Source of the DNA: Candidatus Binatia bacterium
GTDB lineage: Bacteria; Desulfobacterota; Binatia; Bin18
DNA length: 64,000 nt
Direction: 5' to 3'
Assembly: GCA_963664395.2 (NCBI GenBank)
Contig: OY761159.2
Coordinates: 2,176,001-2,240,000 of the forward strand
A program made the translations under genes and the position numbers. The first letter of the stretch is position 1. Each line of letters opens with the position of its first letter. The notes under the pieces are model-generated. The model made no database searches. It was not told the DNA's origin and was given only the letters and a program-made list of their open reading frames with translations. Shown piece by piece: positions 54,475 through 64,000 of the stretch.

Positions 54475-54930
54475 CTAGGAGAGGGATCTTTCCAGGAGTT
54501 TTTCACTGATTTCATCAGCAAATTGAGGGATCTGCTCTTCAAGGTTTTGCCGGGTGTGCTGGATATCCCGAGCGAGGGTGCCCCGGATGCTGGCAATGGA
54601 TTGCTCGGCCTCTTTCCGCGCTGACTCAACAACTGAGCGAGCTTGGTCTTCCGCGTCTTTGTAGATAGCGTCGACACGATGGCGTGCTTCTGCTCGGGAG
54701 GCGGCTAGTCGGATTTTATACTGTTCGTCCATAGCCTCGGCTTCTGCCTTGACTGCCACCGCTTCTTGCATTGCCCCCTCCGTCCGTTGTTCCCGGGTCT
54801 TGAGCACCGAGAGGGTGGGTTCGAACAGAAGACGGCGTAAACAGACCCAAACAATAAGAAAGAGAATGATTTGGGCTATAAAAGTCCAGTCCGGGGGGAA
54901 AGAAAGCACCGAAGAGGGGTCTCCTCTCAA
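54475..54930 (-). CDS. ATP synthase F0 subunit b'
   Basis: TFIAQIILF..LLFEP..R TM segment plus coiled coil; start uncertain. Confidence 0.85.
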   Translation of the reverse strand: MRGDPSSVLSFPPDWTFIAQIILFLIVWVCLRRLLFEPTLSVLKTREQRTEGAMQEAVAVKAEAEAMDEQYKIRLAASRAEARHRVDAIYKDAEDQARSVVESARKEAEQSIASIRGTLARDIQHTRQNLEEQIPQFADEISEKLLERSLS

Positions 54931-55026
54931 TATAGAGTCAAAGTAAAAATTGGATTAAATACTATAAAAAGAACAAGTGGAACTGATTCTTCTATCAGGC
55001 TCTATTTCTTTGCGCTCCTTTTATTT

Positions 55027-55914
55027 TCATCCTTTTAAGCGCTGTACAAGCCCCTCTAGTTCGTCATGGGAATAATATTCGATTTCTATCTTTCCCCCCT
55101 TCTTCCGAGGGATGAGTCTGACTTTGGTTCCCAGGGCACGGACAAGGTCTTCCTCAACTGCACTCAGGAAAATACCCGTCTTTTGTATAAGCGTGGGGTT
55201 TTCCGAAACGGACGACTGAACTGGTAATTCCTCGATAACATTGGACTGCGACACGAGTGTTTCTGTCGCTCGTACGGAAAGACCATGCTCCATAATATGT
55301 CGGGCCATTTCCAGCTGTTGCTCTGGAATATTAAGCGCGAGCAGGGCGCGCGCGTGTCCAACGGTTATTGTCCCTTGATCAATCTTTTCTTTTATTTCTT
55401 CAGGAAGATTCAAAACGCGAAGAAGATTGGTGACGACAGGGCGGCTCTTGCCAACGCGCTGCGCAACCTGCTCCTGCGTGAGATTAAACTCTTCCATAAG
55501 CTGTCGATAGGCAAGTGCCTCTTCTATCGGGGTCAGTTCCTCACGCTGGATGTTTTCGACCAGCGCCATTTCGAGACTTTCCGCATCGCTGACTTCCTTG
55601 ACGATGACTGGAACACGCTCAAGCTGGGCACGCTGAGCTGCACGGAACCGTCTTTCACCAAGTATCAGCTCATACCCCTGAGGTATTTTTCTGACCACAA
55701 GGGGCTGTAAAATACCTTGGTTGCGGATAGATTCTGAGAGTTCCGCAATCTTGGCTTCATTAAAATAGCGTCTTGGCTGCCTTGGATTCGGCCGTATTTC
55801 GGAAATGGGAACCCGACGCTCAGCCGGAGTATCGAGCGATGTCCCCTTGGGAATAAGTGCGCCCAGACCTCTGCCAAGGGAACGCCTCTTTACGCTTACC
55901 GCAACGTCACTCAT
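55027..55914 (-). CDS. parB: Chromosome partitioning protein ParB
   Basis: LGRGLGALI, PNPRQPR, GERRFRA, ENIQREEL, HTH, GHARALL. Confidence 0.97.
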   Translation of the reverse strand: MSDVAVSVKRRSLGRGLGALIPKGTSLDTPAERRVPISEIRPNPRQPRRYFNEAKIAELSESIRNQGILQPLVVRKIPQGYELILGERRFRAAQRAQLERVPVIVKEVSDAESLEMALVENIQREELTPIEEALAYRQLMEEFNLTQEQVAQRVGKSRPVVTNLLRVLNLPEEIKEKIDQGTITVGHARALLALNIPEQQLEMARHIMEHGLSVRATETLVSQSNVIEELPVQSSVSENPTLIQKTGIFLSAVEEDLVRALGTKVRLIPRKKGGKIEIEYYSHDELEGLVQRLKG

Positions 55915-56798
55915 CCTTCACCACCCTCTTTTCCCTCTCCCAGTGAGCGAGCGCTCATCGCTGTCGTTGTATGAGTACCTGCTGCAACTGTCGTTGTGGA
56001 ACTGAAATCTCTCTCTGCATTAGTCCACTCTTCGGACTTTCGTCTGAGCAACTCCTGGGCAAGGTCCATATAACTCTTCGCGCCACGGCAAGATGGATCA
56101 TACAAGATGACAGGCAGACCGTGGCTAGGACTCTCACTCAACCGGACATTCCGCGGAATAATGGATTCAAAAACGTACTGAGGAAAGAATTCTCGTATTT
56201 CTTCAGCGACTTGGTGACAGAGTCGATTGCGCGCATCGAACATCGTAAGTAACAGACCTTCAATAGAAAGGTCCGGATTGAGTCTCTCGCGAATGATGTC
56301 GAGTGTTTCTATAAGTGACCGAAGCCCCTCAAGAGCATAGTACTCGCATTGTAGAGGTATCAGTACGCTATCTGCTGCGGTAAGAGAATTAATTGTGAGT
56401 AATCCGAGCGAGGGCGGACAATCGAGGAAAATATAGCGATAGGCAGAGCCATATTGCCGAATAATAGTCCGGAGGCGGTACTCTCTGTCTTCAATGTTGA
56501 GCAGCTCAACTTCCGCACCTATCAGGTCGTGATTGGCGGGAAGAACATCAAGATTTTCAATGGCTGTCTTCTGAATAGCCTCTTGAAGCGTACACTCCCC
56601 AAGGAGCAGTTGATAAATGGTCACTGCATCCTCGTCCGGACGGGCACCTATACCACTTGAGGCATTCCCCTGAGGATCACAGTCAATAAGGAGAGTCTTT
56701 TCTCCAGCTATGCCGATTGCAGCAGAAAGGTTGATGGCAGTAGTTGTCTTCCCGACCCCCCCCTTCCGATTCGCTATACAAATAGTTCTGGCCACCAA
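55911..56798 (-). CDS. parA: Chromosome partitioning ATPase ParA/Soj
   Basis: KGGVGKTT, DCDPQGN, DCPPSLG, QCEYYALEG, IPRNVRLSESPSHG. Confidence 0.97.
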   Translation of the reverse strand: MVARTICIANRKGGVGKTTTAINLSAAIGIAGEKTLLIDCDPQGNASSGIGARPDEDAVTIYQLLLGECTLQEAIQKTAIENLDVLPANHDLIGAEVELLNIEDREYRLRTIIRQYGSAYRYIFLDCPPSLGLLTINSLTAADSVLIPLQCEYYALEGLRSLIETLDIIRERLNPDLSIEGLLLTMFDARNRLCHQVAEEIREFFPQYVFESIIPRNVRLSESPSHGLPVILYDPSCRGAKSYMDLAQELLRRKSEEWTNAERDFSSTTTVAAGTHTTTAMSARSLGEGKEGGEG

Positions 56799-56900
56799 GG
56801 TCTCAGTAACACACTATGGAAAGGAAGGGAAGATTGTAGGGAAGTACCTCCAAAAACAGTATAAATGTAAATTTCCCTGTTGGCAGAAGGAGTTAAGTTA

Positions 56901-56916
56901 TGTTTCACGTGAAACA
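56901..56916. promoter_or_regulatory. parS: parS centromere site
   Basis: Perfect consensus palindrome TGTTTCACGTGAAACA. Confidence 0.95.
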
Positions 56917-57573
56917 TTTCTTTCTGAAAAAGAGCGCGTATCTGTCTCCTTCGCCAAAGGGGAGGCGGTATTCATCTATGGCCTCTTGTCTGAAGCGACC
57001 GTACGGTAAATGGTCTTCGCCTGCTGCGACTTCGTCCTTCTTTTGGGGGCCTCGCATTGCTACCGCATAGCCCCCTTCCTTCACAATCGGAAAGGACAGG
57101 GTAAGAAAGTGGGATATATCCCAGGTTGCTCGTGTTACAACGGTATCGAACCAATCCGGCCTGCTATCCTGAGTTGCGAACTCTTCGGCCCTCCCTTCAA
57201 ATATTCTTATATTCTCTATCCCCGTTATCCTGACTGCCTGTTTAAGAAAATTTGCCCTTTTTCTGCGCGTCTCAATGAGAAAGACCTCCCGTTCCTGTCC
57301 GGCTACTGCAAGTATGAATCCTGGAAATCCAGCCCCACTCCCAAGGTCGGCAAAAACACCCTGCCGCGGAAGAATTTGCGAAAAGGCCAGGGAGTCAAGA
57401 ATATGTTTGCGGATAATCGTTTTTGCGTCAGGCTGACCTACGAGATTGAACACCTGAGACCAGCGTTGAAGTTCATCTATGTACAGGCATAGGGTGCGGA
57501 ACGATTGTGGAGAAAACGATATTTTTAAGGCTTCTGCGCCTTTCTCCAAGAAAGAGGCGGTATCTTTATCCAT
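56905..57573 (-). CDS. rsmG: 16S rRNA m7G527 methyltransferase
   Basis: KHILDSL, DLGSGAGFPG, GRAEE, VTRA. Confidence 0.93.
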   Translation of the reverse strand: MDKDTASFLEKGAEALKISFSPQSFRTLCLYIDELQRWSQVFNLVGQPDAKTIIRKHILDSLAFSQILPRQGVFADLGSGAGFPGFILAVAGQEREVFLIETRRKRANFLKQAVRITGIENIRIFEGRAEEFATQDSRPDWFDTVVTRATWDISHFLTLSFPIVKEGGYAVAMRGPQKKDEVAAGEDHLPYGRFRQEAIDEYRLPFGEGDRYALFFRKKCFT

Positions 57574-57576
57574 CAA

Positions 57577-59439
57577 CTAGGCGGTCCCAGTGCGTTTCAG
57601 GTGAATGGCCAGTAATGATACGGCTGCGGGAGTCACCCCAGGGATACGCGATGCTTGGCCCAGCGAACGAGGACGCAATGTCAGGAGTTTCTCTTTTGCT
57701 TCGGTTGAGAGGCCTTGGACATAAGTGTAATCAATCTCATCTGGAATGAGGGTCTCCTCCATATGCCGGACTCTGTTCACCCCTTCTTCTTGGCGGCGTA
57801 TATAGCCGGCATATTTTACTTCTATCTCCACTTCAGCACCAACTTCTCGGGAGAGGGAAATTGGCGAAGGGCGTATGGATTGGATATCCCCGAAGGACAA
57901 CTCAGGACGGCGGAGTAATTTCGTCAGTGAGGTAGGCGTTTTTATCTCTGCGGTACCTAAAGCAGATAATTGAGTATTCACTTCTTCGTTTGGGGTCAGA
58001 ATACTGTCCTCCAGACGTTGGATCTCCCGGGCAATGTCTTCTTTTTTCCGAAGCGTCCGATCGGCCGATCTTTCATCTATGAGCCCGATTCTATGTCCGA
58101 ATGCGCTCAGCCTCACATCTGCGTTGTCTTCCCTCAGTAACAGCCGATGCTCAGCACGAGAAGTAAACATGCGGTAGGGCTCGCCTCCGACCCCTTTTGT
58201 GACTAAATCGTCTATGAGAACGCCAATATAGGCTTGATCTCGGGAAAAAATTAAGGGGCTATCGCCCCGAACTTTCAGTGTCGCGTTAATCCCTGCCATA
58301 ATCCCCTGTGCGGCGGCCTCTTCATAGCCTGTCGTGCCATTCAGCTGACCAGCGAAGTAGAGGCCTGATATAAGCTTTGTTTCCAGAGTCTGAGTAATCT
58401 GGGTTGGATCAGCATAGTCATATTCAATGGCATAGCCAGGCCGCATGATTTCTGCGTTCTCTAATCCTTTTATTGAACGGACCATGGTGAGCTGTACATC
58501 CAGTGGTAGACTTGTAGAAAGGCCGTTTGGATAGACTTCGACCGTGTCTCGCCCTTCTGGTTCGAGAAAAATCTGGTGGCGCGGCTTCTCTTTGAAGCGG
58601 ATAACTTTATCCTCAATCGAAGGACAATAGCGCGGCCCCCTCCCCTCAATCACGCCGGAATACAGCGGTGAGCGATCAAGTCCTGCTGCAATGGCCTCGT
58701 GCGTTTTCTCATTTGTATACGTAATATGACACGGCAATTGTTCCTGGGTGATCGACTCCGTTGAAAAGGATAAGGCCGGCGGAGGGGTATCTCCGTATTG
58801 CGGCTCCAAAATGTCGTAATTAATTGTTCGTTTGTCCAATCGAGGACACGTGCCTGTTTTGAGCCGGCCAATGTGAAAACCGAGTTCGCACAGGTGACTG
58901 CTCAATCCCTCGACTGCAAAATCGCCTGCCCTTCCTGCTGAATAATTTTTGAGACCAACGTGTATGCGACCTTTTAAAAAGGTCCCGGTAGTCAGAATAA
59001 CTGTATGGGCTGAGAAGGATTCGCCTATCTGAGTCTCAACTCCTTTTACCCTTCTGTTCTCAACTCTGAGGCGTTCCACACTTCCTTGCCGAAGGGTAAG
59101 ATTGGGCGTTGTTTCAGCCACTTTTTTCATACGCTGCCGATACAGTGCCTTATCTGCTTGTACACGCGTTGCGCGAACGGCCGGCCCCTTGCGCGTGTTC
59201 AAGACCCGGAACTGAATGCCGGTCTCATCAATGGCTCGGGCCATTTCTCCACCAAGCGCATCAATTTCACGCACCAAATGGCTTTTGCCTATCCCTCCAA
59301 TGGCAGGATTGCATGACATCTGGCCAATATGATCAAGGTTCAGCGTCAGCATCATGGTCTTACTGCCAAGACGTGCTGCAGCAAGTGCAGCCTCGATCCC
59401 GGCATGGCCGGCGCCAACAACGATGACATCATAGTCCAT
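57577..59439 (-). CDS. mnmG: tRNA uridine 5-carboxymethylaminomethyl modification enzyme
   Basis: [33 protein letters not shown]; ATG at 59439 after SD GGAGG. Confidence 0.97.
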   Translation of the reverse strand: MDYDVIVVGAGHAGIEAALAAARLGSKTMMLTLNLDHIGQMSCNPAIGGIGKSHLVREIDALGGEMARAIDETGIQFRVLNTRKGPAVRATRVQADKALYRQRMKKVAETTPNLTLRQGSVERLRVENRRVKGVETQIGESFSAHTVILTTGTFLKGRIHVGLKNYSAGRAGDFAVEGLSSHLCELGFHIGRLKTGTCPRLDKRTINYDILEPQYGDTPPPALSFSTESITQEQLPCHITYTNEKTHEAIAAGLDRSPLYSGVIEGRGPRYCPSIEDKVIRFKEKPRHQIFLEPEGRDTVEVYPNGLSTSLPLDVQLTMVRSIKGLENAEIMRPGYAIEYDYADPTQITQTLETKLISGLYFAGQLNGTTGYEEAAAQGIMAGINATLKVRGDSPLIFSRDQAYIGVLIDDLVTKGVGGEPYRMFTSRAEHRLLLREDNADVRLSAFGHRIGLIDERSADRTLRKKEDIAREIQRLEDSILTPNEEVNTQLSALGTAEIKTPTSLTKLLRRPELSFGDIQSIRPSPISLSREVGAEVEIEVKYAGYIRRQEEGVNRVRHMEETLIPDEIDYTYVQGLSTEAKEKLLTLRPRSLGQASRIPGVTPAAVSLLAIHLKRTGTA

Positions 59440-59449
59440 GCGTCCTCCC

Positions 59450-60865
59450 CTATTTCCCGATACAGAAATCCTGAAACACGCGGTCAAGTATATCTTCACT
59501 ACTGACCTGGCCCGTTATTGTGCCAATATGATCAAGGCTCGCACGCAAATCAACTGCAATCAGATCAAGGGGGAGGCCTGCCGCTAACCCCCGCTCTGCA
59601 CATTGTAAGCTTTCCGCAGCCTGTTCAAGAGCAACTTTATGCCTTATTTTTGTAATAATGATACTCTTCTCAGTATCTTTGCCGTATCCCTCAGGGTGCT
59701 CTCCGCTCTCCTCCCCGAGAACGACCGCTTGTATTGTGTCTCCTAAGTCGTCCATCCCGGTACCGTACAGCGCCGCAATGTGTAGTAGGGGCGCCCCTAC
59801 GGCTAAATTCAGCTTGTCTGACAAACAGGTCGTATCAAGTTTTTGAGGGAGGTCGCTCTTATTCCCCACGAGGATAAACCTTTTTCCTTTGATCTTTTCA
59901 CAGATGAGGGCGTCATCCGCATCAAATGGCTGTGAGAGATCGAAGAGCGCCAAAATGAGTTCTGCTTGTTCGATGCCGGACAGGGTTCGTTCAATCCCTA
60001 TCTTCTCAATCTCATCCGTTGTCTGATGAATCCCGGCAGTGTCCCACACGACGAGGGGAAGGCCGTTCAGGATCACGGTCTCTTCGAGCACATCCCGCGT
60101 CGTACCAGGGACCTTCGTGACAATGGCCCGTTCCGTGCCTACCAAGAGGTTGAGTACACTCGACTTGCCGACATTCGGCTTCCCAATAATAGCTGTCCTG
60201 ATCCCGTCGCGATAGACTTTTCCTTGTGAAAAAGTGGCTGCTAGAGCCTCTATCTCTCTCCGAATTGAAGAGAATGTCTGGCCGATTTCCTGCTGGTTTT
60301 GTTCGGGAATATCTTCTTCAGGAAAATCGATAAAAGCTTCCAGGTAGGCTGTCTGAGTAATGAGTCGGTCCCGAAGGGCTGAACACGCCTGGGAGAGTCG
60401 GCCTGAGAGGTCTTCCCAGGCGAGATGTAAACCTGTCTCATTATTGGTGTGAATGAGGTCCAGCACAGCCTCAGCCTGTATGAGGTCGAGGCGGCCGTTG
60501 AGAAATGCCCGTTTTGTAAACTCACCTGCTTGCGCGAGACGAACTCCCTGGTTGAGAATCGTTTCTAATACTAGACGGGTGAGGAAACTGCCGCCATGGA
60601 GATGCAGCTCAGCGATATGCTCCCCAGTATAACTGTGGGGCGCGCGCATCAGGAGCAGACCGGCTTGGTCAATTGGCTGGCCGTTCGGCTGATCCAGAAT
60701 TTCGCCAAGATAGAAATGGTGAGAATGGATCTTTTCCCACGACGTATGGGGGAGAAAGAGTTGTCTTACTGTTCTTTCTGCGCATGCCCCACTGACTCGG
60801 ATAATGGCGATCCCGCCCTGGCCTGGGGGCGTCGCAATAGCGGCAATCGTATCATGCTCGTACAC
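59450..60865 (-). CDS. mnmE: tRNA modification GTPase
   Basis: [30 protein letters not shown], terminal FCIGK. Confidence 0.97.
   Translation of the reverse strand: MYEHDTIAAIATPPGQGGIAIIRVSGACAERTVRQLFLPHTSWEKIHSHHFYLGEILDQPNGQPIDQAGLLLMRAPHSYTGEHIAELHLHGGSFLTRLVLETILNQGVRLAQAGEFTKRAFLNGRLDLIQAEAVLDLIHTNNETGLHLAWEDLSGRLSQACSALRDRLITQTAYLEAFIDFPEEDIPEQNQQEIGQTFSSIRREIEALAATFSQGKVYRDGIRTAIIGKPNVGKSSVLNLLVGTERAIVTKVPGTTRDVLEETVILNGLPLVVWDTAGIHQTTDEIEKIGIERTLSGIEQAELILALFDLSQPFDADDALICEKIKGKRFILVGNKSDLPQKLDTTCLSDKLNLAVGAPLLHIAALYGTGMDDLGDTIQAVVLGEESGEHPEGYGKDTEKSIIITKIRHKVALEQAAESLQCAERGLAAGLPLDLIAVDLRASLDHIGTITGQVSSEDILDRVFQDFCIGK
59785..59800. repeat. 16-bp perfect palindrome matching GTAG-REP termini, inside mnmE
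   Basis: GTAGGGGC-GCCCCTAC. Confidence 0.5.
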
Positions 60866-60883
60866 AACTCCTCAGGCCACAGG

Positions 60884-61693
60884 TTACGAGCGGGCCGCCC
60901 TCCGGTCTCGATCCCGGCGATTACTACCGGCTTCTTCTGGAACAATGGAGAGGCGGCGGAAATACCCGCGGCCCATACTTCTCGTATCAACAAGTGGGTC
61001 GTCTTCAAGCGCCAAATGGACGACGCGACGATCTCGAGGACTCAGCGGGTTCAGAGTCACTGTTTTCCGCCGCCTCTTTGCTCGCTCGCTCAAGCGGAGG
61101 GCCAAGCTTTCAAGACTCTGGCGGCGGCGTTCACGGTAGCCCTCGGCATCCAAGACCAGATGCGCCTCTTCCTCTTCTCCACGTGCGACCATGCGGTTGA
61201 GAAGGTATTCAAGCGCATCAAGCGTCTGGCCCTTCCGTCCAATGAGTAAGCCATCGACTGTATCCTCAAGATTCACAACGGCTTCTGTCCCTTGGACATC
61301 AAGCAAGACTGGGACTTCCATACCCATAAGACGGAGGGTTTCTGAGAGTATCTGACAGGCCTTTTCTCCTGTCTCTTTGGAAACGGGAACAGGCTGGGCG
61401 TCTGAGTCTCCAGAGGGAGAACGACGTCGTAGGGACGACCGGCTGGCCAGCCCTACAGACTCCTGAGGAGATTCGTCCATACCTTCAGTAGGCTCAGATT
61501 CAAGAGCCTGAAGCGAAGTAGGATTTCTCAGCGTCGCTCGGACTCGCGCCTTCCTCCCGCCAATACCGAGGAATCCCTTTGTGGCCTGGGAGAGAATTTC
61601 TATTTCAACCTGATCTCTCTCTGCTTTCAGTTGTGTCAGGGCAGCCGCAACCGCCTCTTCTATCGTCGATCCTGCCGCTTCAACTGCGCTCAT
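60884..61693 (-). CDS. jag: RNA-binding protein Jag/EloR (Jag-N, KH, R3H)
   Basis: KGFLGIG, LIGRKGQTLDAL, DRRVVH; ATG at 61693. Confidence 0.92.
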   Translation of the reverse strand: MSAVEAAGSTIEEAVAAALTQLKAERDQVEIEILSQATKGFLGIGGRKARVRATLRNPTSLQALESEPTEGMDESPQESVGLASRSSLRRRSPSGDSDAQPVPVSKETGEKACQILSETLRLMGMEVPVLLDVQGTEAVVNLEDTVDGLLIGRKGQTLDALEYLLNRMVARGEEEEAHLVLDAEGYRERRRQSLESLALRLSERAKRRRKTVTLNPLSPRDRRVVHLALEDDPLVDTRSMGRGYFRRLSIVPEEAGSNRRDRDRRAARS

Positions 61694-61712
61694 TGCGTCT
61701 TTTCCTCTTTGA

Positions 61713-63407
61713 TTATGCATATGTTCTTGTATACCAGTGCTGCTGAGCAACACTCAGGACATTATTGATAAGCCAGTATAGCACCAGTCCAGCTGGAAAA
61801 TTAACGAACATAACCGTAAAAATGACAGGCATAAGGAGCATCATCTTCTGCTGGGTTGGATCTCCCGTTGTTGGCATCATCATCTGCTGGATGATCATTG
61901 ATCCACCCATGAGTAAGGTGAGCACAGGGATACCTGGTGGATCAACAAAGGGAATGGCAAGTGCGCCCAATCGATCTGGCTGAGACAGGTCTTCAATCCA
62001 GCCGAAAAATGGGGCTTGTCTCAATTCAATTGCGTACAAAAGCCCCTGATACAGGCCGATGAAAACCGGTAGCTGTACGATCATGGGTATACACCCACCG
62101 AGCGGATTGACTTCGTACCGCTTGTACAGTTCCATCGTTTCCTGGTTCAGCTTTTGTTTGTCATCCTTATGTTGCTCACGTAATCGTTCTATCTGCGGCT
62201 GGAGCTTCTTCATCGCTGACATGGACTTAAAGCTCTTATTACTGAGCGGGAAGAACACCAGTTTGACCATAACAGTCAGTAGGATAATGGCAATTCCGTA
62301 GTTCCCTGTCACCCCATAGAGTATTCTCAGCAATGAGACTAACGGACGGGCAATAAAATGGGACCAACCAAAGTCGACGGCACGGTCAAAGGCTGGGTCG
62401 ACTGCATTGAGGGCAGAGGTATCCTTGGGACCAATATACAGTGTGTATGAGACAGCCTCTCCGCTCCAGGGCATCGAGAGGCGCGTTTCCAGTGTCCCGT
62501 CTTCATCGCTAAAGAATAGCTGTGCCGCTTCGACTTCCTGGGCCTGTCCTGCCTGAGGCATCATCCCTGCCAAGAAATAACTATTTGTGAATCCGGCCCA
62601 ACGAATATCTCCTGGGCCGTACGAGTCCCCGGCTTCCCAATCCCCGGCGTTTTCATACTCAAAGGTACGGCCAATTAGAGCCACCGGCCCGTAGACGTCA
62701 TAATAGCCGGATTTACTTTCTGAATGTGAGCCTTCGAGCCATGACAAAGAGAGGGTAGAAGCCGTAAAAGGAACATGTGTGACATCAACTGTGAGACCTA
62801 TTCCATATCCTTCTCCAGAAAAAGTAAAGGTTTTTGTAAAGGTTGCCCCATTTGCATGCGATCCTCTAAACACCAACTCCCTCTCATCTCCCGCCCGGAC
62901 AAAGAGCTGTTTCCCTGCCCCCTCCGCTGCATACGAGAGTGCCGCGTCAGTGAGCGTGACCTCTCTTCCACTCAAGTACAGGACGAACGGCAGCTCTCCA
63001 TAGGTCCCTGCGTTGACCATTTCCAAAAGTGGGCTGTCCGGGCTGAGAGTAACCGGATATTGTTTGAGTCGGAAGCTTTTTACACGTCCACCTATGGATG
63101 TCAAAACAGCAATATACGTGTCTGTTTCAACTGTTATTTCCTGCTCCACAGGGGCAGAGGGCGTTCGTGGGGTGTGTTGCTGAACACCCGGAGTGTGTTC
63201 TCCCTGTTCAACAACAGCCTGGCGGCGCTCCAAAGGGACCTGAGTCTGTTGACCTGAAGGGGCTGATGATGGTTCCGGGCCGACTACAGATTGTTGATTG
63301 TGGGGGGAGAGAGGTTCAGGAGTCGGGTAGAGGTACGAGATAAGCGATTGATATCCGATAAGAATGAGGATGCAGAGGACAATAGCAAAGAGACTCTTGT
63401 TATCCAT
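61713..63407 (-). CDS. yidC: Membrane protein insertase YidC
   Basis: VDFGW, GNYGIAIILLT, NPLGGCIP, PAGLVLYW. Confidence 0.96.
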   Translation of the reverse strand: MDNKSLFAIVLCILILIGYQSLISYLYPTPEPLSPHNQQSVVGPEPSSAPSGQQTQVPLERRQAVVEQGEHTPGVQQHTPRTPSAPVEQEITVETDTYIAVLTSIGGRVKSFRLKQYPVTLSPDSPLLEMVNAGTYGELPFVLYLSGREVTLTDAALSYAAEGAGKQLFVRAGDERELVFRGSHANGATFTKTFTFSGEGYGIGLTVDVTHVPFTASTLSLSWLEGSHSESKSGYYDVYGPVALIGRTFEYENAGDWEAGDSYGPGDIRWAGFTNSYFLAGMMPQAGQAQEVEAAQLFFSDEDGTLETRLSMPWSGEAVSYTLYIGPKDTSALNAVDPAFDRAVDFGWSHFIARPLVSLLRILYGVTGNYGIAIILLTVMVKLVFFPLSNKSFKSMSAMKKLQPQIERLREQHKDDKQKLNQETMELYKRYEVNPLGGCIPMIVQLPVFIGLYQGLLYAIELRQAPFFGWIEDLSQPDRLGALAIPFVDPPGIPVLTLLMGGSMIIQQMMMPTTGDPTQQKMMLLMPVIFTVMFVNFPAGLVLYWLINNVLSVAQQHWYTRTYA

Positions 63408-63434
63408 AGAGATTTCAAACGCCCGCGAGATTGG

Positions 63435-63731
63435 TTAGGGGACGAGATCTACTCCGCCGGGGTGCCATGGGTGGCATTTGGCTAAGCGTCGAATTGTGAA
63501 CGTAAGCCCCCTGCGAGCCCCATGCTTTCGTACTGCGTCAATAGCGTACTGAGAGCAGCTTGGATAGAAACGACATGCCGGGCCGAGCAGGGGAGAGATG
63601 AGAAGGCGATAGCTCTTGAGTCCTCCTACCAATAATATCTGACACAGCCGAGATATCCGAGATATCCGAGATATATCGGTCGCACATGACGAGAGGGAAA
63701 AATGAGAGATTTCATTCAGTGCATTGAGCAA
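63435..63731 (-). CDS. yidD: Membrane protein insertion efficiency factor (start uncertain)
   Basis: [27 protein letters not shown]. Confidence 0.9.
   Translation of the reverse strand: MLNALNEISHFSLSSCATDISRISRISRLCQILLVGGLKSYRLLISPLLGPACRFYPSCSQYAIDAVRKHGARRGLTFTIRRLAKCHPWHPGGVDLVP
63648..63674 (+). repeat. 9-bp tandem repeat (CCGAGATAT) x3 in the yidD 5' region
   Basis: Three exact copies, encoding ISR-ISR-ISR on the minus strand. Confidence 0.85.
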
Positions 63732-64000
63732 TGGGAAGCACCCTCTCTAGTTCGGTAACGATCTGCACAAAGGACAACTCCTGTGCGCGAGATTTAGGAA
63801 TAATGAGGATATCATGCGTCGGGGATATAAGCGCCTGCCGAACTCGAAAGAACTCGCGCAACTTTCTTTTCATCTTATTCCGAATAACGGCATTTCCATA
63901 TTTCCGTGAGGCCGTTATCCCAAGGCGTGGACGATCTGTACCAGCAGGCGAAGTAATCACAACGAAATTGCGACTATACCGGCGTTCTCCACGTCTCTGG
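63712..64000 (-). CDS. rnpA: Ribonuclease P protein component (5' end outside the window)
   Basis: [25 protein letters not shown]; position upstream of yidD. Confidence 0.92.
   Translation of the reverse strand, partial: QRRGERRYSRNFVVITSPAGTDRPRLGITASRKYGNAVIRNKMKRKLREFFRVRQALISPTHDILIIPKSRAQELSFVQIVTELERVLPIAQCTE

Overview
This window is the replication-origin region of a bacterial chromosome. The split ATP synthase operons and gene content suggest a deltaproteobacterial-grade lineage, but that is inference only. Left to right: ureF (partial), tRNA-Arg(CCT), an aminotransferase, an amidohydrolase, glcDEF, an archaeal/eukaryotic-type asd, a direct-repeat-flanked lipoprotein cassette, a truncated Nramp-like gene, hemL-atpZIBE, dnaA-oriC-dnaN-gyrB-gyrA, a probable selenocysteine peroxiredoxin missed by the ORF track, radC, ssb, ggt, a gcdH-like gene, nth and ampG. 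A ~13 kb accessory island follows. It holds a frameshifted opacity-type porin gene and a putative BREX/RM-related defence operon (XRE-HTH-SNF2 helicase-DUF3883, DUF2806, DUF1156 methyltransferase, DUF4258/YgiT-type toxin-antitoxin pair, DUF499 ATPase). The window ends with aroC and the minus-strand rnpA-yidD-yidC-jag-mnmE-mnmG-rsmG-parS-parA-parB-atpF'FHAGDC block. Most notable: the defence operon with apparent cargo slots, an oriC with ten perfect DnaA boxes at an exact 11-bp period plus DnaA-trios, the UGA-recoded peroxiredoxin with a SECIS-like hairpin, REP-like palindromes inserted in frame in coding genes, and displacement of the rnpA-parAB block from dnaA. All family calls come from motif recognition by eye; no database searches were run.
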